This document shows, piece after piece, positions 13,801 to 26,000 of a stretch of 64,000 nucleotides of DNA. The position numbers and the translations under genes were made by a program. The notes under the pieces are model-generated. The model was given only the letters and a program-made list of their open reading frames with translations. It was not told the origin of the DNA and did not search any database. Source of the stretch: Auanema rhodensis (Eukaryota; Animalia; Nematoda). Each line of letters begins with the position of its first letter. The first letter of the stretch is position 1. The stretch spans positions 1 to 64,000 of the forward strand of contig CAXKVF010000096.1 in the NCBI GenBank assembly GCA_964057225.1. The letters run 5' to 3'.

Positions 13801-16800
13801 CCCCATGTCCATATTAGTCTAAAAACAAATTTTTATTGATATTGGTTCATGGTAACCATGACTTTGAAATTTACGTGAACTTTAATTTATGCTAATTAAA
13901 TGTACACGTGATGTGCACTTGGTATGTAACTCGCTTCACGTGAAAGATAAAGAGATGCGGTTTTCAAAATTAGATTCCCCATGTCCATATTAGTCTAAAA
14001 ACAAATTTTTATTGATATTGGTTCATGGTAACCATGACTTTGAAATTTACGTGAACTTTAATTTATGCTAATTAAATGTACACGTGATGTGCACTTGGTA
14101 TGTAACTCGCTTCACGTGAAAGATAAAGAGATGCGGTTTTCAAAATTAGATTCCCCATGTCCATATTAGTCTAAAAACAAATTTTTATTGATATTGGTTC
14201 ATGGTAACCATGACTTTGAAATTTACGTGAACTTTAATTTATGCTAATTAAATGTACACGTGATGTGCACTTGGTATGTAACTCGCTTCACGTGAAAGAT
14301 AAAGAGATGCGGTTTTCAAAATTAAATTCCCCATGTCCATATTAGTCTAAAAACAAATTTTTATTGATATTGGTTCATGGTAACCATGACTTTGAAATTT
14401 ACGTGAACTTTAATTTATGCTAATTAAATGTACACGTGATGTGCACTTGGTATGTAACTCGCTTCACGTGAAAGATAAAGAGATGCGGTTTTCAAAATTA
14501 GATTCCCCATGTCCATATTAGTCTAAAAACAAATTTTATTGATATTGGTTCATGGTAACCATGACTTTGAAATTTACGTGAACTTTAATTTATGCTAATT
14601 AAATGTACACGTGATGTGCACTTGGTATGTAACTCGCTTCACGTGAAAGATAAAGAGATGCGGTTTTCAAAATTAGATTCCCCCATGTCCATATTAGTCT
14701 AAAAACAAATTTTATTGATATTGGTTCATGGTAACCATGACTTTGAAATTTACGTGAACTTTAATTTATGCTAATTAAATGTACACGTGATGTGCACTTG
14801 GTATGTAACTCGCTTCACGTGAAAGATAAAGAGATGCGGTTTTCAAAATTAGATTCCCCATGTCCATATTAGTCTAAAAACAAATTTTTATTGATATTGG
14901 TTCATGGTAACCATGACTTTGAAATTTACGTGAACTTTAATTTATGCTAATTAAATGTACACGTGATGTGCACTTGGTATGTAACTCGCTTCACGTGAAA
15001 GATAAAGAGATGCGGTTTTCAAAATTAGATTCCCCATGTCCATATTAGTCTAAAAACAAATTTTTATTGATATTGGTTCATGGTAACCATGACTTTGAAA
15101 TTTACGTGAACTTTAATTTATGCTAATTAAATGTACACGTGATGTGCACTTGGTATGTAACTCGCTTCACGTGAAAGATAAAGAGATGCGGTTTTCAAAA
15201 TTAGATTCCCCATGTCCATATTAGTCTAAAAACAAATTTTTATTGATATTGGTTCATGGTAACCATGACTTTGAAATTTACGTGAACTTTAATTTATGCT
15301 AATTAAATGTACACGTGATGTGCACTTGGTATGTAACTCGCTTCACGTGAAAGATAAAGAGATGCGGTTTTCAAAATTAGATTCCCCATGTCCATATTAG
15401 TCTAAAAACAAATTTTTATTGATATTGGTTCATGGTAACCATGACTTTGAAATTTACGTGAACTTTAATTTATGCTAATTAAATGTACACGTGATGTGCA
15501 CTTGGTATGTAACTCGCTTCACGTGAAAGATAAAGAGATGCGGTTTTCAAAATTAGATTCCCCATGTCCATATTAGTCTAAAAACAAATTTTTATTGATA
15601 TTAGTTCATGGTAACCATGACTTTGAAATTTACGTGAACTTTAATTTATGCTAATTAAATGTACACGTGATGTGCACTTGGTATGTAACTCGCTTCACGT
15701 GAAAGATAAAGAGATGCGGTTTTCAAAATTAGATTCCCCATGTCCATATTAGTCTAAAAACAAATTTTTATTGATATTGGTTCATGGTAACCATGACTTT
15801 GAAATTTACGTGAACTTTAATTTATGCTAATTAAATGTACAAGTGATGTGCACTTGGTATGTAACTCGCTTCACGTGAAAGATAAAGAGATGCGGTTTTC
15901 AAAATTAGATTCCCCATGTCCATATTAGTCTAAAAACAAATTTTTATTGATATTGGTTCATGGTAACCATGACTTTGAAATTTACGTGAACTTTAATTTA
16001 TGCTAATTAAATGTACACGTGATGTGCACTTGGTATGTAACTCGCTTCACGTGAAAGATAAAGAGATGCGGTTTTCAAAATTAGATTCCCCATGTCCATA
16101 TTAGTCTAAAAACAAATTTTTATTGATATTGCTTCATGGTAACCATGACTTTGAAATTTACGTGAACTTTAATTTATGCTAATTAAATGTACACGTGATG
16201 TGCACTTGGTATGTAACTCGCTTCACGTGAAAGATAAAGAGATGCGGTTTTCAAAATTAGATTCCCCATGTCCATATTAGTCTAAAAACAAATTTTTATT
16301 GATATTGGTGCATGGTAACCATGACTTTGAAATTTACGTGAACTTTAATTTATGCTAATTAAATGTACACGTGATGTGCACTTGGTATGTAACTCGCTTC
16401 ACGTGAAAGATAAAGAGATGCGGTTTTCAAAATTAGATTCCCCATGTCCATATTAGTCTAAAAACAAATTTTTATTGATATTGGTTCATGGTAACCATGA
16501 CTTTGAAATTTACGTGAACTTTAATTTATGCTAATTAAATGTACACGTGATGTGCACTTGGTATGTAACTCGCTTCACGTGAAAGATAAAGAGATGCGGT
16601 TTTCAAAATTAGATTCCCCATGTCCATATTAGTCTAAAAACAAATTTTTATTGATATTAGTTCATGGTAACCATGACTTTGAAATTTACGTGAACTTTAA
16701 TTTATGCTAATTAAATGTACACGTGATGTGCACTTGGTATGTAACTCGCTTCACGTGAAAGATAAAGAGATGCGGTTTTCAAAATTAGATTCCCCATGTC

Positions 16801-17067
16801 CATATTAGTCTAAAAACAAATTTTTATTGATATTGGTTCATGGTAACCATGACTTTGAAATTTACGTGAACTTTAATTTATGCTAATTAAATGTACACGT
16901 GATGTGCACTTGGTATGTAACTCGCTTCACGTGAAAGATAAAGAAATGCGGTTTTCAAAATTAGATTCCCCATGTCCATATTAGTCTAAAAACAAATTTT
17001 TATTGATATTGCTTCATGGTAACCATGACTTTGAAATTTACGTGAACTTTAATTTATGCTAATTAAA

Positions 17068-20000
17068 TGTACACGTGATGTGCACTTGGTATGTAACTCG
17101 CTTCACGTGAAAGATAAAGAGATGCGGTTTTCAAAATTAGATTCCCCATGTCCATATTAGTCTAAAAACAAATTTTTATTGATATTGGTGCATGGTAACC
17201 ATGACTTTGAAATTTACGTGAACTTTAATTTATGCTATTTAAATGTACACGTGATGTGCACTTGGTATGTAACTCGCTTCACGTGAAAGATAAAGAGATG
17301 CGGTTTTCAAAATTAGATTCCCCATATCCATATTAGTCTAAAAACAAATTTTTATTGATATTGGTGAATGATAACCATGACTTTGAAATTTACGTGAACT
17401 TTAATTTATGCTAATTAAATGTACACGTGATGTGCACTTGGTATGTAACTCGCTTCACGTGAAAGATGAAGAGATGCGGTTTTCAAGATTAGATTCCTCA
17501 TGTCCATATTAGTCTAAAAACAAATTTTTATTAATATTGGTTCATGGTAACCATGACTTTGAAATTTACGTGAACTTTAATTTATGCTAATTAAATGTAC
17601 ACGTGATGTGCACTTGGTATGTAACTCGCTTCACGTGAAAGATAAAGAGATGCGGTTTTCAAAATTAGATTCCCCATGTCCATATTAGTCTAAAAACAAA
17701 TTTTTATTGATATTGGTTCATGGTAACCATGACTTTGAAATTTACGTGAACTTTAATTTATGCTAATTAAATGTACACGTGATGTGCACTTGGTATGTAA
17801 CTCGCTTCACGTGAAAGATAAAGAGATGCGGTTTTCAAAATTAGATTCCCCATGTCCATATTAGTCTAAAAACAAATTTTTATTGATATTGCTTCATGGT
17901 AACCATGACTTTGAAATTTACGTGAACTTTAATTTATGCTAATTAAATGTACACGTGATGTGCACTTGGTATGTAACTCGCTTCACGTGAAAGATAAAGA
18001 GATGCGGTTTTCAAAATTAGATTCCCCATGTCCATATTAGTCTAAAAACAAATTTTTATTGATATTGGTGCATGGTAACCATGACTTTGAAATTTACGTG
18101 AACTTTAATTTATGCTATTTAAATGTACACGTGATGTGCACTTGGTATGTAACTCGCTTCACGTGAAAGATAAAGAGATGCGGTTTTCAAAATTAGATTC
18201 CCCATATCCATATTAGTCTAAAAACAAATTTTTATTGATATTGGTGAATGATAACCATGACTTTGAAATTTACGTGAACTTTAATTTATGCTAATTAAAT
18301 GTACACGTGATGTGCACTTGGTATGTAACTCGCTTCACGTGAAAGATGAAGAGATGCGGTTTTCAAGATTAGATTCCTCATGTCCATATTAGTCTAAAAA
18401 CAAATTTTTATTGATATTGGTGAATGATAACCATGACTTTGAAATTTACGTGAACTTTAATTTATGCTAATTAAATGTACACGTGATGTGCACTTGGTAT
18501 GTAACTCGCTTCACGTGAAAGATGAAGAGATGCGGTTTTCAAGATTAGATTCCTCATGTCCATATTAGTCTAAAAACAAATTTTTATTAATATTGGTTCA
18601 TGGTAACCATGACTTTGAAATTTACGTGAACTTTAATTTATGCTAATTAAATGTACACGTGATGTGCACTTGGTATGTAACTCGCTTCACGTGAAAGATA
18701 AAGAGATGCGGTTTTCAAAATTAGATTCCCCATGTCCATATTAGTCTAAAAACAAATTTTTATTGATATTGGTTCATGGTAACCATGACTTTGAAATTTA
18801 CGTGAACTTTAATTTATGCTAATTAAATGTACACGTGATGTGCACTTGGTATGTAACTCGCTTCACGTGAAAGATAAAGAGATGCGGTTTTCAAAATTAG
18901 ATTCCCCATGTCCATATTAGTCTAAAAACAAATTTTTATTGATATTGCTTCATGGTAACCATGACTTTGAAATTTACGTGAACTTTAATTTATGCTAATT
19001 AAATGTACACGTGATGTGCACTTGGTATGTAACTCGCTTCACGTGAAAGATAAACTGATGCGGTTTTCAAAATTAGATTCCCCATGTCCATATTAGTCTA
19101 AAAACTAATTTTTATTGATATTGGTTCATGGTAACCATGACTTTGAAATTCACGTGAACTTTAATTTATGCTAATTAAATGTACACGTGATGTGCACTTG
19201 GTATGTAACTCGCTTCACGTGAAAGATAAAGAGATGCGGTTTTCAAAATTAGTTTCCCCATGTCCATATTAGTCTAAAAACAAATTTTTATTGATATTGG
19301 TGCATGGTAACCATGACTTTGAAATTTACGTGAACTTTAATTTATGCTAATTAAATGTACACGTGATGTGCACTTGGTATGTAACTCGCTTCACGTGAAA
19401 GATAAAGAGATGTGGTTTTCAAAATTAGATTCCCCATGTCCATATTAGTCTAAAAACAAATTTTTATTGATATTGGTGCATGGTAACCATGACTTTGAAA
19501 TTTACGTGAACTTTAATTTATGCTAATTAAATGTACACGTGATGTGCACTTGGTATGTAACTTGCTTCACGTGAAAGATAAAGAGATGCGGTTTTCAAAA
19601 TTAGATTCCCCATGTCCATATTAGTCTAAAAACAAATTTTTATTGATATTGGTTCATGGTAACCATGACTTTGAAATTTACGTGAACTTTAATTTATGCT
19701 AATTAAATGTACACGTGATGTGCACATGGTATGTAACTCGCTTCACGTGAAAGATAAAGAGATGCAGTTTTCGAAATTAGATTCCCCATGTCCATATTAG
19801 TCTAAAAACAAATTTTTATTGATATTGCTTCATGGTAACCATGACTTTGAAATTTACGTGAACTTTAATTTATGCTAATTAAATGTACACGTGATGTGCC
19901 CTTGGTATGTAACTCGCTTCACGTGAAAGATAAAGAGATGCGGTTTTCAAAATTAGATTCCCCATGTCCATATTAGTCTAAAAACAAATTTTTATTGATA

Positions 20001-23000
20001 TTGGTTAATGGTAACCATGACTTTGAAATTTACGTGAACTTTAATTTATGCTAATTAAATGTACACGTGATGTGCACATGGTATGTAACTCGCTTCACGT
20101 GAAAGATAAAGAGATGCGGTTTTCGAAATTAGATTCCCCATGTCCATATTAGTCTAAAAACAAATTTTTATTGATATTGGTGCATGGTAACCATGACTTT
20201 GAAATTTACATGAACTTTAATTCATGCTAATTAAATGTACACGTGATGTGCACTTGGTATGTAACTCGCTTCACGTGAAAGATAAAGAGATGCGGTTTTC
20301 AAAATTAGATTCCCCATGTCCATATTAGTCTAAAAACAAATTTTTATTGATATTGGTGCATGGTAACCATGACTTTGAAATTTACATGAACTTTAATTCA
20401 TGCTAATTAAATGTACACGTGATGTGCACTTGGTATGTAACTCGCTTCACGTGAAAAATAAAGAGATGCGGTTTTCAAATTTAGATTCCCCATGTCCATA
20501 TTAGTCTAAAAACAAATTTTTATTGATATTGCTTCATGGTAACCATGACTTTGAAATTTACGTGAACTTTAATTTATGCTAATTAAATGTACACGTGATG
20601 TGCACTTGGTATGTAACTCGCTTCACGTGAAAGATAAAGAGATGCGGTTCTCAAAATTAGATTCCCCATGTCCATATTAGTCTAAAAACAAATTTTTATT
20701 GATATTGCTTCATGGTAACCATGACTTTGAAATTTACGTGAACTTTAATTTATGCTAATTAAATGTACACGTGATGTGCACTTGGTATGTAACTCGCTTC
20801 ACGTGAAAGATAAAGAGATGCGGTTTTCAAAATTAGATTCCCCATGTCCATATTAGTCTAAAAACAAATTTTTATTGATATTGCTTCATGGTAACCATGA
20901 CTTTGAAATTTACGTGAACTTTAATTTATGCTAATTAAATGTACACGTGATGTGCACTTGGTATGTAACTCGCTTCACGTGAAAGATAAAGAGATGCGGT
21001 TTTCAAAATTAGATTCCCCATGTCCATATTAGTCTACAAACTAATTTTTATTGATATTGCTTCATGGTAACCATGACTTTGAATTTTACGTGAACTTTAA
21101 TTTATGCTAATTAAATGTACACGTGATGTGCACTTGGTATGTAACTCGCTTCACGTGAAAGATAAAGAGATGCGGTTTTCAAAATTAGATTCCCCATGTC
21201 CATATTAGTCTAAAAACAAATTTTTATTGATAATGGTTCATGGTAACCATGACTTTGAAATTTACGTGAACTTTAATTTATGCTAATTAATTGTACACGT
21301 GATGTGCACTTGGTATGTAACTCGCTTCACGTGAAAGATAAAGAGATGCGGTTTTCAAAATTAGATTCCCCATGTCCATATTAGTCTAAAAACAAATTTT
21401 TATTGATATTGCTTCATGGTAACCATGACTTTGAAATTTACGTGAACTTTAATTTATGCTAATTAAATGTACACGTGATGTGCACTTGGTATGTAACTCG
21501 CTTCACGTGAAAGATAAAGAGATGCGGTTTTCAAAATTAGATTTCCCATGTCCATATTAGTCTAAAAACAAATTTTTATTGATATTGGTTCATGGTAACC
21601 ATGACTTTGAAATTTACGTGAACTTTAATTTATGCTAATTAAATGTACACGTGATGTGCACTTGGTATGTAACTCGCTTCACGTGAAAGATAAAGAGATG
21701 CGGTTTTCAAAATTAGATTCCCCATGTCCATATTAGTCTAAAAACAAATTTTTATTGATATTGCTTCATGGTAACCATGACTTTGAAATTTACGTGAACT
21801 TTAATTTATGCTAATTAAATGTACACGTGATGTGCACTTGGTATGTAACTCGCTTCACGTGAAAGATAAAGAGATGCGGTTTTCAAAATTAGATTCCCCA
21901 TGTCCATATTAGTCTAAAAACAAATTTTTATTGATATTGGTTCATGGTAACCATGACTTTGAAATTTACGTGAACTTTAATTTATGCTAATTAAATGTAC
22001 ACGTGATGTGCACTTGGTATGTAACTCGCTTCACGTGAAAGATAAAGAGATGCGGTTTTCAAAATTAGATTCCCCATGTCCATATTAGTCTAAAAACAAA
22101 TTTTTATTGATATTGCTTCATGGTAACCATGACTTTGAAATTTACGTGAACTTTAATTTATGCTAATTAAATGTACACGTGATGTGCACTTGGTATGTAA
22201 CTCGCTTCACGTGAAAGATAAAGAGATGCGGTTTTCAAAATTAGATTCCCCATGTCCATATTAGTCTAAAAACAAATTTTTATTGATATTGCTTCATGGT
22301 AACCATGACTTTGAAATTTACGTGAACTTTAATTTATGCTAATTAAATGTACACGTGATGTGCACTTGGTATGTAACTCGCTTCACGTGAAAGATAAAGA
22401 GATGCGGTTTTCAAAATTAGATTCCCCTTGTCCATATTAGTCTAAAAACAAATTTTTATTGATATTGGTTCATGGTAACCATGACTTTGAAATTTACGTG
22501 AACTTTAATTTATGCTAATTAAATGTACACGTGATGTGCACTTGGTATGTAACTCGCTTCACGTGAAAGATAAAGAGATGCGGTTTTCAAAATTAGATTC
22601 CCCATGTCCATATTAGTCTAAAAACAAATTTTTATTGATATTGCTTCATGGTAACCATGACTTTGAAATTTACGTGAACTTTAATTTATGCTAATTAAAT
22701 GTACACGTGATGTGCACTTGGTATGTAACTCGCTTCACGTGAAAGATAAAGAGATGCGGTTTTCAAAATTAGATTCCCCATGTCCATATTAGTCTAAAAA
22801 CAAATTTTTATTGATATTGCTTCATGGTAACCATGACTTTGAAATTTACGTGAACTTTAATTTATGCTAATTAAATGTACACGTGATGTGCACTTGGTAT
22901 GTAACTCGCTTCACGTGAAAGATAAAGAGATGCGGTTTTCAAAATTAGATTCCCCTTGTCCATATTAGTCTAAAAACAAATTTTTATTGATATTGGTTCA

Positions 23001-26000
23001 TGGTAACCATGACTTTGAATTTTACGTGAACTTTAATTTATGCTAATTAAATGTACACGTGATGTGCACTTGGTATGTAACTCGCTTCACGTGAAAGATA
23101 AAGAGATGTGGTTTTCAAAATTAGATTCCCCATGTCCATATTAGTCTAAAAACAAATTTTTATTGATATTGGTTCATGGTAACCATGACTTTGAAATTTA
23201 CGTGAACTTTAATTTATGCTAATTAAATGTACACGTGATGTGCACTTGGTATGTAACTCGCTTCACGTGAAAGATAAAGAGATGCGGTTTTCAAAATTAG
23301 ATTCCCCATGTCCATATTAGTCTAAAAACAAATTTTTATTGATATTGCTTCATGGTAACCATGACTTTGAAATTTACGTGAACTTTAATTTATGCTAATT
23401 AAATGTACACGTGATGTGCACTTGGTATGTAACTCGCTTCACGTGAAAGATAAAGAGATGCGGTTTTCAAAATTAGATTCCCCATGTCCATATTAGTCTA
23501 AAAACAAATTTTTATTGATATTGGTTCATGGTAACCATGACTTTGAAATTTACGTGAACTTTAATTTATGCTAATTAAATGTACACGTGATGTGCACTTG
23601 GTATGTAACTCGCTTCACGTGAAAGATAAAGAGATGCGGTTTTCAAAATTAGATTCCCCATGTCCATATTAGTCTAAAAACAAATTTTTATTGATATTGG
23701 TTCATGGTAACCATGACTTTGAAATTTACGTGAACTTTAATTTATGCTAATTAAATGTACACGTGATGTGCACTTGGTATGTGACTCGCTTCACGTGAAA
23801 GATAAAGAGATGCGGTTTTCAAAATTAGATTCCCTATGTCCATATTAGTCTAAAAACAAATTTTTATTGATATTGGTTCATGGTAACCATGACTTTGAAA
23901 TTTACGTGAACTTTAATTTATGCTAATTAAATGTACACGTGATGTGCACTTGGTATGTGACTCGCTTCACGTGAAAGATAAAGAGATGCGGTTTTCAAAA
24001 TTAGATTCCCTATGTCCATATTAGTCTAAAAACAAATTTTTATTGATATTGGTTCATGGTAACCATGACTCTGAAATTTACGTGAACTTTAATTTATGCT
24101 AATTAAATGTACACGTGATGTGCACTTGGTATGTAACTCGCTTCACGTGAAAGATAAAGAGATGCGGTTTTCAAAATTAGATTCCCCATGTCCATATTAG
24201 TCTAAAAACAAATTTTTATTGATATTGCTTCATGGTAACCATGACTTTGAAATTTACGTGAACTTTAATTTATGCTAATTAAATGTACACGTGATGTGCA
24301 CTTGGTATGTAACTCGCTTCACGTGAAAGATAAAGAGATGCGGTTTTCAAAATTAGATTCCCCATGTCCATATTAGTCTAAAAACAAATTTTTATTGATA
24401 TTGGTGCATGGTAACCATGACTTTGAAATTTACGTGAACTTTAATTTATGCTATTTAAATGTACACGTGATGTGCACTTGGTATGTAACTCGCTTCACGT
24501 GAAAGATAAAGAGATGCGGTTTTCAAAATTAGATTCCCCATGTCCATATTAGTCTAAAAACAAATTTTTATTGATATTGGTGAATGATAACCATGACTTT
24601 GAAATTTACGTGAACTTTAATTTATGCTAATTAAATGTACACGTGATGTGCACTTGGTATGTAACTCGCTTCACGTGAAAGATGAAGAGATGCGGTTTTC
24701 AAGATTAGATTCCTCATGTCCATATTAGTCTAAAAACAAATTTTTATTAATATTGGTTCATGGTAACCATGACTTTGAAATTTACGTGAACTTTAATTTA
24801 TGCTAATTAAATGTACACGTGATGTGCACTTGGTATGTAACTCGCTTCACGTGAAAGATAAAGAGATGCGGTTTTCAAAATTAGATTCCCCATGTCCATA
24901 TTAGTCTAAAAACAAATTTTTATTGATATTGGTTCATGGTAACCATGACTTTGAAATTTACGTGAACTTTAATTTATGCTAATTAAATGTACACGTGATG
25001 TGCACTTGGTATGTAACTCGCTTCACGTGAAAGATAAAGAGATGCGGTTTTCAAAATTAGATTCCCCATGTCCATATTAGTCTAAAAACAAATTTTTATT
25101 GATATTGCTTCATGGTAACCATGACTTTGAAATTTACGTGAACTTTAATTTATGCTAATTAAATGTACACGTGATGTGCACTTGGTATGTAACTCGCTTC
25201 ACGTGAAAGATAAAGAGATGCGGTTTTCAAAATTAGATTCCCCATGTCCATATTAGTCTAAAAACTAATTTTTATTGATATTGGTTCATGGTAACCATGA
25301 CTTTGAAATTCACGTGAACTTTAATTTATGCTAATTAAATGTACACGTGATGTGCACTTGGTATGTAACTCGCTTCACGTGAAAGATAAAGAGATGCGGT
25401 TTTCAAAATTAGTTTCCCCATGTCCATATTAGTCTAAAAACAAATTTTTATTGATATTGGTGCATGGTAACCATGACTTTGAAATTTACGTGAACTTTAA
25501 TTTATGCTAATTAAATGTACACGTGATGTGCACTTGGTATGTAACTCGCTTCACATGAAAGATAAAGAGATGTGGTTTTCAAAATTAGATTCCCCATGTC
25601 CATATTAGTCTAAAAACAAATTTTTATTGATATTGGTGCATGGTAACCATGACTTTGAAATTTACGTGAACTTTAATTTATGCTAATTAAATGTACACGT
25701 GATGTGCACTTGGTATGTAACTTGCTTCACGTGAAAGATAAAGAGATGCGGTTTTCAAAATTAGATTCCCCATGTCCATATTAGTCTAAAAACAAATTTT
25801 TATTGATATTGGTTCATGGTAACCATGACTTTGAAATTTACGTGAACTTTAATTTATGCTAATTAAATGTACACGTGATGTGCACATGGTATGTAACTCG
25901 CTTCACGTGAAAGATAAAGAGATGCAGTTTTCGAAATTAGATTCCCCATGTCCATATTAGTCTAAAAACAAATTTTTATTGATATTGCTTCATGGTAACC

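Larger units (their letters stand above)
7743..15483 (+). repeat. Near-invariant consensus domain (about 44 monomers)
   Basis: The only recurrent substitution I saw is pos73 G>A (12916, 13269, 13621, 14325). Other differences are isolated 1-bp indels. Confidence 0.85.
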
